DNA of 60,268 bases from an uncultured Clostridium sp. (GTDB taxonomy: Bacteria > Bacillota > Clostridia > TANB77 > CAG-508), in NCBI GenBank assembly GCA_949467015.1, contig CASVZF010000004.1, positions 1-60,268 of the forward strand. Reading direction: 5' to 3'. Below the pieces are notes generated by a model. That model worked only from the letters and a program-made list of their open reading frames with translations. It was not told where the DNA came from and did not search any database. This document shows, in pieces, positions 40,328-51,718 of the stretch. The translations under genes were made by a program, and so were the position numbers. Position 1 is the stretch's first letter. Each line of letters starts with the position of its first letter.

Positions 40328-41833
40328 ATGGCAAAAATATTAGAGGATATTTCAAGAACATTTAATGAATTTTTATTACTACCAAATTTAACAGATGAAA
40401 GATGCATACCAAATAACGTTTCTTTAAAAACACCACTTGTAAAATTCAAAAAAGGAGAAGAGGCAAAATATTATGCCAATGTGCCAATGGTATCAGCTAT
40501 TATGCAGTCTGTATCAGGAGAAGAAATGGGAATTGCTCTTGCTCGTGAAGGAGGAGTGGCTTTTATTTATGGCTCACAATCCATCGAATCACAAGCTAAA
40601 ATGGTAAGACACGTAAAAAAACATAAAGCAGGATTTGTAGTAAGTGACTCAAATGTAAAATCAGGAACGCCATTAAGAGAAGTAATTGAATTAGTTAAAA
40701 AAACTGGACATTCAACAGTAATCATTACAGATGATGGTACACCAAGAGGAAAATTCATCGGTCTAGTTACAGATAAAGATTATAGAATATCAAGAGATGA
40801 TTTTGATGCTCCTATTGATAACTTTATGACACCAAAAGAAAAAGTTGTATGGGCAAAAGAAGGAGTCACTTTAGCAGAAGCGAATGACATTATTTGGGAA
40901 AATAAAATTGCTTGTTTACCAATTTTAGATAAGGGAGAAAAGCTAAAATATTTAGTATTTAGAAAAGATTATGAAGAAAGAAAAAATAATCCAGAATCTT
41001 TATTAGATGAAAATAAAAGATATATCGTAGGTGCCGGTATTAACACAAGAGATTATGAAGACAGAATACCAGCTCTTGTAGAAGCCGGCGTAGACATGAT
41101 TTGTATGGATTCTTCTGATGGATATTCTATATGGCAAAAAAATACAATAAATTTTGTTAGAAAAAAATACGGAGATAGTGTAAAAATAGGGGCTGGAAAC
41201 GTAGTCGACAAAGAGGGATTTCTTTATTTAGCAGAAGCAGGAGCTGATTTTATTAAAGTTGGTGTAGGAGGAGGCTCTATTTGTATTACTCGTGAAACAA
41301 AAGGAATTGGTAGAGGACAAGCATCAGCATTAATAGATGTGGTAGAAGCACGTAATGAATATTTTAAGAAAACAGGAATTTATATTCCAATATGTTCGGA
41401 TGGTGGAATTGTCCATGATCATCACATTACTATAGCGTTGGCTTTAGGAGCAGATTTTGTTATGATGGGAAGATATTTTGCAAGATTTGATGAAAGTCCA
41501 ACAAGAGTGGTAAAGAAAGGAAATGGATATGTAAAAGAGTATTGGGGAGAAGGTTCGAATCGTGCGAGAAATTGGCAAAGATATGATATGGGTGGAGATA
41601 AGAAACTTTCTTTTGAAGAAGGAGTAGACTCTTATATTCCATATGCTGGAAGATTAAAAGATAATTTAGCCATTACAGTAGCAAAAATAAAATCAACTAT
41701 GTGTAATTGTGGAAGTGTTACTATTCCAGAGTTACATGAAAAAGCAAGATTAACCCTTGTTTCAGATGTTAGTATTTCAGAAGGTAGTGCACATGATGTT
41801 ATTTTAAAGGAGATTGATAGTCAATATACATAA
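40328..41833 (+). CDS. guaB: IMP dehydrogenase
   Basis: CBS-containing IMPDH architecture, [10 protein letters not shown] catalytic loop, GADFVMMG; AGGAGG RBS before ATG 40328. Confidence 0.9.
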   Translation: MAKILEDISRTFNEFLLLPNLTDERCIPNNVSLKTPLVKFKKGEEAKYYANVPMVSAIMQSVSGEEMGIALAREGGVAFIYGSQSIESQAKMVRHVKKHKAGFVVSDSNVKSGTPLREVIELVKKTGHSTVIITDDGTPRGKFIGLVTDKDYRISRDDFDAPIDNFMTPKEKVVWAKEGVTLAEANDIIWENKIACLPILDKGEKLKYLVFRKDYEERKNNPESLLDENKRYIVGAGINTRDYEDRIPALVEAGVDMICMDSSDGYSIWQKNTINFVRKKYGDSVKIGAGNVVDKEGFLYLAEAGADFIKVGVGGGSICITRETKGIGRGQASALIDVVEARNEYFKKTGIYIPICSDGGIVHDHHITIALALGADFVMMGRYFARFDESPTRVVKKGNGYVKEYWGEGSNRARNWQRYDMGGDKKLSFEEGVDSYIPYAGRLKDNLAITVAKIKSTMCNCGSVTIPELHEKARLTLVSDVSISEGSAHDVILKEIDSQYT

Positions 41834-41841
41834 AAGAAAAT

Positions 41842-41868
41842 ACCCTAACTCTTATTAAGAGTTAGGGT
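41842..41868. terminator. bidirectional hairpin between guaB and the convergent kinase-like gene
   Basis: 12 bp stem ACCCTAACTCTT / AAGAGTTAGGGT with a 3 nt loop. Confidence 0.6.
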
Positions 41869-41881
41869 GTTCCATTATGGA

Positions 41882-42523
41882 TTAAAAAATATTCAAGTAT
41901 TCAAGTTGCTTCTTTGCTGTGTTGAATACTTCTTTTGTGGACAATTGAGTTGAATCGATATACAGATGTTTTGCCTTATTGAACGGTTCAAGATCTGTAT
42001 TGTTTCCGGCTATACATTCTGCATAAGCGCGTCGTGTTTCCACTTCTTGCTTGCGAATATAGGCCGGGTATTCAAACTTATCTGCATCCGGATCATCACA
42101 AATGCGAGAGTAAGCTGTCTTAGCTTCAGCCACCATATGAATGATAATATCAGCCTGAGGCAAGTCCGAAGTTCTGTTCAAATCTTCAATCCAAGAATAC
42201 GAAAATCCCTGAACTGCGCCATGGACAAATGAGTCCAAAAAGCATCTTTGGGTTAAAATGATGTCGTATTCACCAGATTTAAGAGTCTCCTCGAGCTCAG
42301 CACCGAAAATTCGGTTGTCTACTGCGAAAAGCAGACGATCTGTGTAACTGTCCTTAGATTTGTTCAACAAATCTGAGACAATATATCGATCGTGCGGCAG
42401 CCGATCTCTTTTGACCGTTAATGATTTTTCTTTAAACCATTTCTCAAGGTCATCCACAAGAGTGGTTTTGCCAGATCCGTCGAGTCCACTTATTGCTATC
42501 CATAAAGTTTTTTTGTTTTTCAT
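41882..42523 (-). CDS. thymidylate-kinase-like P-loop kinase, compositionally foreign
   Basis: ISGLDGSGKTT P-loop, DRY..S motif; local G+C about 43-47% against about 27% in the flanks; contains an in-frame CGG (42401-42403) read as Arg. Confidence 0.6.
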   Translation of the reverse strand: MKNKKTLWIAISGLDGSGKTTLVDDLEKWFKEKSLTVKRDRLPHDRYIVSDLLNKSKDSYTDRLLFAVDNRIFGAELEETLKSGEYDIILTQRCFLDSFVHGAVQGFSYSWIEDLNRTSDLPQADIIIHMVAEAKTAYSRICDDPDADKFEYPAYIRKQEVETRRAYAECIAGNNTDLEPFNKAKHLYIDSTQLSTKEVFNTAKKQLEYLNIF

Positions 42524-42591
42524 AAAAAGTTCCTCCTTAAGATGTCTGTCCTATTCAAATAAGAATAGGTAGTATAAAAAAACTTAACTTA

Positions 42592-42620
42592 ATTATACAA
42601 TATTTTAGACTTTATGTCAA
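42592..42620 (-). promoter_or_regulatory. consensus sigma-A promoter for the kinase-like gene
   Basis: On the minus strand: TTGACA (42620-42615), 17 nt spacer ending TG, TATAAT (42597-42592), followed by a CCTATTC...GAATAGG leader hairpin. Confidence 0.55.
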
Positions 42621-42621
42621 A

Positions 42622-43512
42622 TTAGATCATTTTTACCTTATCTATCCAATTACTTAAAATATCAGTAGGTATTTGTAAATTTCCATAGCCTGCCCCAATC
42701 TCTACATCCGGTTTGTATTTGCCGTGAAAATCAGATCCTCCCGAGACGAAAAGATTATTTTCTTTGCAAATATTAAGAATAGTCGAGTGCTGTTTTTCTG
42801 TGAAAGTTGTATAATAACATTCAATGCCATCTATTTTATAATTGTCAAGAATAAAATTTAAAATAATATCAGCGTTATCCTTATATTCATAAATGTGTGG
42901 TAGAAAAACTAATCCTCCGCATTTTTTGACCAAATTACTTGCAACTTCAAAATTAGGAACAAAATCATCCATTTCAACATAAAGAGGTGTTTTAGGATCA
43001 GACATATATTGTCTATAAAATATTTTACTTGATTTCCAAGCTTCGTTAGAAATTAGTTTTTTATTTTCCTGATGTTTAGTAATTTCTTTATGAAGAAAAA
43101 CAGAAGCAAAAATATCTGATGAGTAAGTAGCTAAACAGTCATTAGAAAGTTTGATACCATACTTAATACATTTTTCATATAATCTCTTAATTTCAATAAG
43201 ATTTCTTTCTGAAGCAGGAATATAAATTTCCTTAATAAGTTTATTCATTGTTTTGTAGTCTATTCCGTAACCCAATATTTCAATTGGGATATTTAAAATT
43301 TTTGTATTAAGTTCAACACCAGGAATAATGTTACCTTTATAAAATTCTCTAACCTTTGTATTTTCTAATTCTTCATACACCAATGCATTATTATGATCAG
43401 TAATTGATATATAGTCTAATTTTTTTTGTTGACATTTTTTTAAAACAGTTTCACAATTTTCAGTACCATCTGAGTAAGTTGTATGCATATGCAAATCAAT
43501 CATAATATTCAA
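42622..43512 (-). CDS. PHP-domain metal-dependent phosphoesterase
   Basis: IDLHMHTTYSDG, ISITDHN and GGSDFHG motifs. Confidence 0.8.
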   Translation of the reverse strand: MNIMIDLHMHTTYSDGTENCETVLKKCQQKKLDYISITDHNNALVYEELENTKVREFYKGNIIPGVELNTKILNIPIEILGYGIDYKTMNKLIKEIYIPASERNLIEIKRLYEKCIKYGIKLSNDCLATYSSDIFASVFLHKEITKHQENKKLISNEAWKSSKIFYRQYMSDPKTPLYVEMDDFVPNFEVASNLVKKCGGLVFLPHIYEYKDNADIILNFILDNYKIDGIECYYTTFTEKQHSTILNICKENNLFVSGGSDFHGKYKPDVEIGAGYGNLQIPTDILSNWIDKVKMI

Positions 43513-43579
43513 TCTCCTTTTTTTATATATTTATTTGAATATTATAATATCACTTTATAAGAAAAATAACAAGAAAGTT

Positions 43580-44128
43580 TTATACAATTCCTGCTGTTGG
43601 AATATAACTTTCATCGGGAGGATATACATATTCATCATTTGGTTTATCCGTTTGATTCATTTTAGTTATTTTCACAATAGGCATATCTCCATGATAATCA
43701 CCTTTTATAATTTCTCCTGTAACTTCTACCCAAGTATTATCTTCGAAATCTTTTGCGTTTTCACATTCACATAAAAATCCTACAATAACACTCTGAAAAT
43801 CTGAGGAGATAATCATATCTCTTGCTAAAATAAACTGATTTTCTTTTAAATCCAAAACTCTATAAACATACCCAGTAAAATTTATTTTCACACCAACATA
43901 ATCATCAATATTTTCATGAACAGTTTTTAAAATATTTGTATAATTACTTACAGATATTTTATTTACTTTATTTTGCGGTAGGCAAGAAGAAATATTTTCT
44001 GAATTTGCGGCACCATAAAATATTTTAAAAATTACCGTACCAACAATTATAATTAATAATATAAGCATGATAATAAAAAATATTTTAAATAATCTGCTTC
44101 CATTAACTTTAATATTATATACAAACAT
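43580..44128 (-). CDS. membrane-anchored protein, DUF1980/TIGR03943-like C-terminal domain
   Basis: Single N-terminal TM. The C-terminal region (GYVYR...FILARDMIISSDFQSVIVGFLCE...W.EV.G) resembles the soluble domain of TIGR03943 proteins. Weak call. Confidence 0.35.
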   Translation of the reverse strand: MFVYNIKVNGSRLFKIFFIIMLILLIIIVGTVIFKIFYGAANSENISSCLPQNKVNKISVSNYTNILKTVHENIDDYVGVKINFTGYVYRVLDLKENQFILARDMIISSDFQSVIVGFLCECENAKDFEDNTWVEVTGEIIKGDYHGDMPIVKITKMNQTDKPNDEYVYPPDESYIPTAGIV

Positions 44129-44620
44129 AACAATTCTCCTTGTCTTTAAAAAGATAAACTTTATTAAAATGTATGTTTAAAATATGAGAATATGAATGAA
44201 TATTTATCTTTTTTGCATTAAAATTTAAATTATGAGTTGCTATTCAAAATAAAATTATTTGTTCAGTTTAAGGGTTTATCTATTAATATTTCTATGCCAA
44301 AATAAAGATGGGGCAATACAATCTGAGGCTTGACTTCAAAATATTAATTAGATAAACTTTTTGTGTTATTTAAAGTTAATAAGTCTGAATCGTAACAATC
44401 ATGACAATTAGACAATACTTTTTTTGGTAAATATCTTGCGAAAAATAAATTTTAGTGATATAGTTACAAAGTATAAAACCGAATAAAGATTTTCTATGCA
44501 ATGGAAATTGCTAGAAAATCTAATATTCGTCATGCTTATATAGTATGGAGCTTTCCTGCCATTGGCAGAAAATTCCTATTATTTATATATAAAATTAACC
44601 AAGGAAGGATTGAATTCAAA

Positions 44621-47377
44621 ATGAGTGTTTTAAACAAAATATTTAAATCTTACAGTGAGAAAGAAGTAAAAAGAGTTAAACCAATTGTCAATAAAATTAA
44701 CAGCTTAGAAGAAGAAATGAAGAAATTAAGTGATTCTGAGCTAAGAGCAAAAACAGATTATTTTAAAAATCAATTGAAAGAAGGAAGGACTCTAGATGAT
44801 ATATTGCCAGAAGCTTTTGCTGTTGTAAGAGAAGCTTCAAAAAGAGTATTAGGTATGAGACATTTCGATGTTCAATTAATAGGTGGTATCATTTTACACC
44901 AAGGTAGAATTGCCGAAATGAAAACAGGTGAAGGAAAAACTTTGGTAGCAACTTTGCCAGTTTATTTAAATGCATTGGAAGAAAAAGGTGTCCACGTTAT
45001 TACTGTCAATGACTATTTAGCTAAAAGAGATAGCGAGTGGATGGGAAAATTATATAAATTTTTAGGCCTTTCTGTTGGACTTGTCGTAGCAGGCATGGAA
45101 CCAAAAGAAAAGCAAGAAGCCTATCATGCTGATATAACTTATGGAACAAATAATGAATTTGGATTTGATTATCTAAGAGATAATATGGTTATTTATAAAG
45201 ATCAATTGGTTCAAAGAGGATTACATTATGCAATTATAGATGAAATTGATAGTATTTTAATTGACGAAGCTCGTACCCCATTAATTATATCAGGACGAGC
45301 TAATGAATCATCTGATTTATACAAAAAAGCTGAAAACTTTGTTTCAAGGCTAACACCAAAAGTTATTGTAGAAGAAGATGTAAAAGACTTTGATCAAGCA
45401 GAAGATAACGAAAAATATGATTATATTGTTGATTTGAAAGCAAAATCAGCATCCTTAACACAAAAAGGTATTAAAAAAGCTGAAGATGCTTTTGGTTTAG
45501 AAAACTTTAATGATTTGGAAAACTCTACTTTAGTGCACCATGTCAATCAAGCATTACGCGCTCATGGTATCATGAAGAAAGATATTGATTACATCGTAAA
45601 AGACGGAGAAGTCTTAATTGTTGATGAATTTACAGGACGTATTATGTACGGAAGAAGATATAATAATGGATTACACCAAGCAATCGAAGCGAAGGAACAT
45701 GTGAAAATAGCAGATGAATCAAAAACACTTGCTACGATTACTTTCCAAAATCTATTTAGAATGTATGACAAATTATCTGGTATGACTGGTACTGCCATGA
45801 CAGAAGAAGCTGAATTCGAAGAAATTTATAATTTGGATGTTGTAGCCATTCCTACTAACAAACCAATGATTCGTAAAGATGAAAATGATGTCATTTATAA
45901 AAATGAAGATGCTAAATATAGAGCAATTGTAGAAAGCATAAAAGAAAGCCATCAAAAAGGACAGCCAGTTTTAGTTGGTACAGTGTCAATCGAAAAGTCA
46001 GAAAAACTTTCTAAATTATTAAAAAAGGAAGGCATTAAACACGAAGTATTAAATGCTAAATATCATGAAAAAGAAGCAGAAATTATAGCACAAGCAGGAA
46101 AATTTGGAGCAGTAACAATTGCAACAAACATGGCAGGACGTGGAACTGACATTATGCTTGGTGGAAATAGTGAATTTTTAGCAAAAGAAGAAATGAGAAA
46201 AAATAAAATTTCGAAAGAGCTAATTGAAGAAGCAAATACATATTATGAAACAGATGATAAAGATATTTTAAATGCAAGAGAACAATTTAAAAAATTAGTT
46301 CAAAAATATGAAGAACAAATTAAAGAAGAAAAACAAAAAGTAATTGATGCTGGTGGTTTGAAAATAATTGGTACAGAAAGACATGAGTCAAGAAGAATAG
46401 ACAATCAATTGCGCGGACGTTCTGGACGTCAAGGAGATATTGGTGAATCTAAATTTTATATCGGTTTAGATGATGACTTAATGAAGATATTCGGTGGAGA
46501 CGCAATAACTAAAGTATACAATACTTTAGGTGCAGACGAAAATATGCCAATTGAATCAAGAATTATATCGAATGCAGTTGAGAATGCTCAAAAGAAAGTG
46601 GAAGGTAGAAACTTTAGTATTCGTAAAAATGTATTAAAATATGACGATGTTATGAATGCTCAAAGAGAAATCATTTATAAACAAAGAAGAGAAGTTTTAG
46701 ATGGTGAAAACATACATGACAATATTATAAACATGATAGAGTTTGTAGCTGACAATATTCCTACTATGTTTGTTGAGGGAGAAGACAACAAACTGAATAT
46801 TGAATCTCTAAATAATGAAATAACAAATATATTTGGCATCGATATGTTAGACTATATAAAAGAACATCAAAACAAACCAGAAGAAATTGCAGACGAATTA
46901 AAGAAAAAAGCATTAGAAATATATAGTCAGAAAGAAGAAGAAATTACATCAGAACAAATGAGAGAACTTGAAAGAGTTGTTATGTTAAAAGTTGTTGACG
47001 AAAAATGGATGAACCATATTGATAGTATGGATGAGTTGAAGAATGGTATTGGACTTCGTGCTTATGGTCAAAAAGATCCAGTTGTTCAATATCGTTTAGA
47101 AGGATTTGACATGTTCGATGAAATGATTAACGATATTAAGTTTGATGTAACAAAAATTTTAATGCATATTAGACAACAAGGAGAAGTAAAAAGACAAGAA
47201 ACTGTTAAAATAACAGGAGAAGCATTGGAGGCTATTCATAGTGTCGATGGCGGTTCCAAGATAGGAACAGATGTAGATAGAACTGTTAGAAAGGAAGGAC
47301 CAAAAGTTGGAAGAAATGATCCTTGTCCATGTGGTTCGGGAAAGAAGTATAAAAACTGTTGTGGGAAGAACGCATAA
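44621..47377 (+). CDS. secA: preprotein translocase ATPase SecA
   Basis: MKTGEGKTL Walker [20 protein letters not shown]-terminal zinc motif [14 protein letters not shown]; AAGGAAGG RBS before ATG 44621. Confidence 0.95.
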   Translation: MSVLNKIFKSYSEKEVKRVKPIVNKINSLEEEMKKLSDSELRAKTDYFKNQLKEGRTLDDILPEAFAVVREASKRVLGMRHFDVQLIGGIILHQGRIAEMKTGEGKTLVATLPVYLNALEEKGVHVITVNDYLAKRDSEWMGKLYKFLGLSVGLVVAGMEPKEKQEAYHADITYGTNNEFGFDYLRDNMVIYKDQLVQRGLHYAIIDEIDSILIDEARTPLIISGRANESSDLYKKAENFVSRLTPKVIVEEDVKDFDQAEDNEKYDYIVDLKAKSASLTQKGIKKAEDAFGLENFNDLENSTLVHHVNQALRAHGIMKKDIDYIVKDGEVLIVDEFTGRIMYGRRYNNGLHQAIEAKEHVKIADESKTLATITFQNLFRMYDKLSGMTGTAMTEEAEFEEIYNLDVVAIPTNKPMIRKDENDVIYKNEDAKYRAIVESIKESHQKGQPVLVGTVSIEKSEKLSKLLKKEGIKHEVLNAKYHEKEAEIIAQAGKFGAVTIATNMAGRGTDIMLGGNSEFLAKEEMRKNKISKELIEEANTYYETDDKDILNAREQFKKLVQKYEEQIKEEKQKVIDAGGLKIIGTERHESRRIDNQLRGRSGRQGDIGESKFYIGLDDDLMKIFGGDAITKVYNTLGADENMPIESRIISNAVENAQKKVEGRNFSIRKNVLKYDDVMNAQREIIYKQRREVLDGENIHDNIINMIEFVADNIPTMFVEGEDNKLNIESLNNEITNIFGIDMLDYIKEHQNKPEEIADELKKKALEIYSQKEEEITSEQMRELERVVMLKVVDEKWMNHIDSMDELKNGIGLRAYGQKDPVVQYRLEGFDMFDEMINDIKFDVTKILMHIRQQGEVKRQETVKITGEALEAIHSVDGGSKIGTDVDRTVRKEGPKVGRNDPCPCGSGKKYKNCCGKNA

Positions 47378-47553
47378 ACAGTGACTTACACTAGATTTTA
47401 AAAACTAAAAATTGACAAAATAAGTTCGCTTTGTCAGCAAAAATATAAATTTGCGAACAAAAAACATTGGAAATAAAGGAATGTAGACATTGAAAATATG
47501 TTGACATTCCTTTTTTATATGTGAAAATATTCAAAAAGGAATGGAGGAGTAAT

Positions 47554-48805
47554 ATGGTTAATATAAGAAAACGTGGTAAAGTATATCAATATCAGTTTGA
47601 AATAGCAAAAGTTGAAGGCAAAAGGAAATACATAAGTAAATCTGGGTTTAAGACAAAAAATGAGGCTTTAATGGCAGGAATGAAAGCATATGATGAATAT
47701 ATAAATGGTGGTAGCCCAAAAGATTCACAAATGTCATATGCAGACTATTTAGATTATTGGATGAAAGAATATTTTGAAATTAATTATAAATATTCAACAG
47801 CAAAGAGATATAAGGAAACATTTAAAGTGTTAAAGGAAGAAATAGGAAAATACAGATTAAGTTATATAACACCTTTTCTTTTAAATCAATCATTATTGAA
47901 AATTGCTCAAAAATGTAAAACAAAAGAAGGAGTGAGAAATTATCAAAAAGTAATAAAAAGTTCTTTTAGGGATGCAACAAATTATTTTGGATTTTTGAAA
48001 TATAATCCAGCAGTTGATTTACAAATTCCTAAAGTACTTTCATTTGAAACAAAAAAACGGAATAAAACATATTTATTCTCAAGAAGAGATTGATAAAATT
48101 TTATTAAGATTTAAAAATAATAATACATTTATATGTTCATTTTTAACAGCTTGTTACACAGGAATGAGAACAGGAGAAGTATTTGCCTTGACATGGAATG
48201 ATATTGATTTAGAAAATAAAATTATAAAAATTAATAAAACAGCATATTCAAAAATAAAAGATGAAAAAGGTCGATGGTTTTTAGGAACAACTAAAACAAA
48301 AGGAAGTTGCAGAGAAGTTTTTATATGCGATACTTTATGCAAAATATTAGTTAATTATAAAGAAAAACAAGAATCATTGAAAAAGAAATACAGCAGGAAG
48401 TATAAGAAATATGAATTAGAGCCGATTAAAAACAAATACAGTAAAATAAATGAATATAAAGTTGTTGAAATTAAGAATAAAAATGTAAGAAGTGTAGAAA
48501 TGGTATTTACTAGAAATAATGGATTGTATGTGGAAACAGATATTATGAAATATCCTTTTAAAATAATTCATAATGAACTTGGCATAAAAAATTGTAGATT
48601 TTATGATTTGAGAGGAAGCTATGCTACTCAAATTTTGAGAAAAGGAGCAGAAATTAGAGATGTTGCAGATATTTTAGGACATAGTAGAATTGAAACTACT
48701 GAAAATTATTATATATCAAGTTCAGAAAAAACAAGAAAAGAAGCAAATAATATATTTGAAAAAATAATACAATCTGATGTTATATATGAGATTATAAATT
48801 ATTAA
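47554..48805 (+). CDS. tyrosine-type site-specific integrase; frame broken at CGG 48058
   Basis: N-terminal SAM-like domain and the catalytic LRGSYATQ...GHSRIETTENYY (R, HxxR, Y). Frame 0 ends KKRNKTYLFSRRD-stop. The +1 frame from 48059 gives GIKHIYSQEEIDKIL. Confidence 0.8.
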
Positions 48806-48891
48806 AATTTATTAAGAAGAAAAATTAAAAAAGATTGTAATATATTGATTATATTGTTATAATAAAAAAAGAAAAAGGAGGCTTGAATAAA

Positions 48892-49521
48892 GTGAAAGAT
48901 ACAATAATATATTTAGTTAGACATGCTGAAACAGTTGACGAAAATGGTATTAGAAATACAAGTGAAGATTCTCAAATGATTAATGAAAAAGAAATATTAT
49001 CAGTAGAAGGAGAAGAACAAGCAAGAAAATTAAGTGAAAATGATGAATTGAAAAATTTGGATATTATATGGTCAAGTAGCTATACTAGAGCTAAAGCTAC
49101 AGCAAAATATATTGCGAATGTAAACGATTTACCTTTTAATTTAGACAATAACTTAAGTGAAAGAAAATTAGGAAATTTAAAAGAGTTAGGAGAATTTATG
49201 AAGGATAAAAACACAAGAGATCCTTCACAAGAGCAACTGTTAGATAGAACATTTAGAACATCTGATGGAGAAAGTGCAGAGCAAACTAGAGAAAGAATGA
49301 ATAAATTTTTTGACAAGATACTTAAAGAATATGAAGGAAAAAGAATTGCCGTGATTAGTCATGGAGGCTCAATAAAGTTCTTTTTATTAAATTGGTGTAC
49401 AGTAAATGAAAATGTTAAACTTGTATATAACGAAAATAAAATATTAAACATAAAATCACCATGTTTATTAAAATTAACTTTTAGAAAAAATGAATTGATT
49501 AATTTAGAGCAAATAGATTAA
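48892..49521 (+). CDS. histidine phosphatase (phosphoglycerate-mutase-like) family protein
   Basis: LVRHAET catalytic RHG-type motif, later SHGG. GTG 48892 is 10 nt after AGGAGG; TTG 48883 is too close to the RBS. Confidence 0.7.
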   Translation: MKDTIIYLVRHAETVDENGIRNTSEDSQMINEKEILSVEGEEQARKLSENDELKNLDIIWSSSYTRAKATAKYIANVNDLPFNLDNNLSERKLGNLKELGEFMKDKNTRDPSQEQLLDRTFRTSDGESAEQTRERMNKFFDKILKEYEGKRIAVISHGGSIKFFLLNWCTVNENVKLVYNENKILNIKSPCLLKLTFRKNELINLEQID

Positions 49522-49712
49522 TTGAAAGCCATAAAATGGATTTTATTATAAGTTCGTTTTATGGTTTTTGTTTAAAATTGATGTAATTATATATATGTAC
49601 ACATTTTAGAAACATATAAGAAGAATATAAAAATGTCATTTATTATTGTTATATCATTCTATTCAATGATATTTCAATCTTTAAAGATTATAATAAATCA
49701 GAAGGTGAGAAA

Positions 49713-50393
49713 ATGAAAATATTAATAATAGAAGATGAATATAGTTTGGCTGATGCAATAGCAGAAACATTAAAAAAAGAAAACTTCACAGTTGACATAG
49801 TAACAGATGGAGAAAAAGGAGAAAATGAAGCACTAACGAATATTTATGATTTAATTCTTTTAGATATCATGCTACCAAATAAGGACGGATTTCAGATTTT
49901 AGATAATTTAAGAAAAGAAAAAATAGGTACACCAATTATCATTTTGACGGCTAAATCTGAAATGCGTGATAAGCTAAATGGATTGGAAAATGGTGCAGAC
50001 GATTATATTACAAAGCCTTTTCATATGAGAGAATTAGTGGCTAGAGTAAAGGTAATATTAAAAAGAAAAACAAATGTAGAAGATATGTCTATTTTAGAAT
50101 ATCATGATTTAAAATTAGATGTAAGAACTGGAAAAATGACTTCATCTGATAATGAAATTCTTATTAATGGAAAAGAATTAGATTTATTAGAAATATTATT
50201 AGTAAATAGAAACCAAATTGTTAATAGAGAATTTTTAGCAAATAAAATATGGGGCTATAACAGTGATGCAGAGTATAACAATGTAGAAGTATATGTATCA
50301 TTTTTAAGAAAAAAATTGAAACTTATTAAGTCAAGTGTAAAAATAAAAGCAGTAAGAGGTATGGGATACAAACTGGAGGTAAAGGATGATTAA
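49713..50393 (+). CDS. OmpR-family response regulator
   Basis: Receiver domain (DLILLDIMLP, TAK) plus winged-helix trans_reg_C (VRGMGYKL). Confidence 0.9.
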   Translation: MKILIIEDEYSLADAIAETLKKENFTVDIVTDGEKGENEALTNIYDLILLDIMLPNKDGFQILDNLRKEKIGTPIIILTAKSEMRDKLNGLENGADDYITKPFHMRELVARVKVILKRKTNVEDMSILEYHDLKLDVRTGKMTSSDNEILINGKELDLLEILLVNRNQIVNREFLANKIWGYNSDAEYNNVEVYVSFLRKKLKLIKSSVKIKAVRGMGYKLEVKDD

Positions 50394-51579
50394 AAAATTA
50401 AGAAAAAGAATATTTTGGCTTATAATGGTATCTTTCAGTATTGTGATTTTAGGAATTATTATATTATTTGCAATTTTAAATTACAGGAATACCATCAATA
50501 CAGCAACTTTAATGATGGATCGATTTATAAACGGAGAAATGAAAAAAAACATAAATGACAAACCAGAAAATGAAAACATGACTCCAAAAGTAGATATGGA
50601 TGGATTGTATTATATACAAGTAGAAAATTCCAAAGTTATAGAAAACTCAAGCATTTCTAAGGATAAAACAATAGAAGAATATGCTATAAAAGCAAGTAAA
50701 GGAAAGCAAGAAAGTGGAATTATTGGAAATTATATATATAAAATAAGAAAAACAAAAGGAAACACAATAGATGTTGCACTTATGGAAAATGAAGAAACCA
50801 TTTTGCATTTGAAAAAAATAATAATGGTTTCAATTATAATTTCACTTTTATCACTAATCCTTATCTATATAATTGCAAAGAAAGTATCAAGATTCATAGT
50901 AAAGCCTGTGGCAGAAACTTTTGAAAAACAAAAACAATTTATTTCCGATGCATCACATGAGTTAAAAACACCATTAGCGGTAATTGAAGCAAATGCTGAT
51001 GTGTTAGAAAATGAAGTAGGAAGTAACAAATGGATGAAATATATTCAAAATGAAATACAAAGTATGAATAAATTAATCAATGAATTATTATTACTTGCAA
51101 AAATAGAAAATATAGATAATTTGCAAGATTTCAAATACTTTAATGTATCAAAAGAAACAGAAATCATTGTTTCTATGTTTGAAAGCATGGCCTATGAAAG
51201 AAATGTAAAATTAATCAGTAAGATTCAAGAGAATATTACTATGAATGGAAATAAGGAAGATTTAGAACATATATTATCTACTTTAATAGATAATGCGATA
51301 AAACATACAGAATCGCAAAAAGAAGTTGTTGTAGATTTAAACAAAGAAAAAAATGAAATAATCATTCAAGTAAAAAATAGAGGACAAGCAATTCCAGAAG
51401 AAGAAAAAGAAAAAATATTTGAAAGATTCTATCGTATTGATAAATCAAGAAATAGAAATGAAAAAAGATATGGATTAGGACTTTCCATTGCAAAGTCAAC
51501 AATAGAAAAATACAAAGGAAATATTGAGGTGCTGCATAAAGACGGATTTACGATTTTTAGAGTTACAATTCCAACATAA
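50386..51579 (+). CDS. sensor histidine kinase (2 TM, HisKA + HATPase_c)
   Basis: FISDASHELKTPL H-box, N-box LIDNAIKHT, G-box GLGLSIAK; 8 nt overlap with the regulator gene. Confidence 0.9.
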   Translation: MIKKLRKRIFWLIMVSFSIVILGIIILFAILNYRNTINTATLMMDRFINGEMKKNINDKPENENMTPKVDMDGLYYIQVENSKVIENSSISKDKTIEEYAIKASKGKQESGIIGNYIYKIRKTKGNTIDVALMENEETILHLKKIIMVSIIISLLSLILIYIIAKKVSRFIVKPVAETFEKQKQFISDASHELKTPLAVIEANADVLENEVGSNKWMKYIQNEIQSMNKLINELLLLAKIENIDNLQDFKYFNVSKETEIIVSMFESMAYERNVKLISKIQENITMNGNKEDLEHILSTLIDNAIKHTESQKEVVVDLNKEKNEIIIQVKNRGQAIPEEEKEKIFERFYRIDKSRNRNEKRYGLGLSIAKSTIEKYKGNIEVLHKDGFTIFRVTIPT

Positions 51580-51718
51580 TAATTATTAAATTAAAAAATC
51601 AAAATATTGACTATAAAGAATAGGCAATATCTTGATTTTTATTTTTTATAAGTTTTACTCTATTCAATATTTTTTCAATGTTTTTATCATAATATAAAAA
51701 CAATTCCAAGAAAGAAAA

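Noticed and set aside
44501-44620. 40-codon N-terminal extension of SecA given by the ORF track
   Set aside because: There is no RBS at 44501, the extension overlaps leader hairpins, and the canonical SecA N-terminus (MSVLNKIFK...) begins at 44621 after AAGGAAGG.
47419-49556. Possible attL/attR: ATAAGTTCG at 47419-47427 and 49548-49556, flanking the integrase and histidine phosphatase
   Set aside because: This is only a 9-nt exact match, with a few T-rich bases after it, in AT-rich DNA. Chance expectation is not negligible and the second copy overlaps a terminator stem context.
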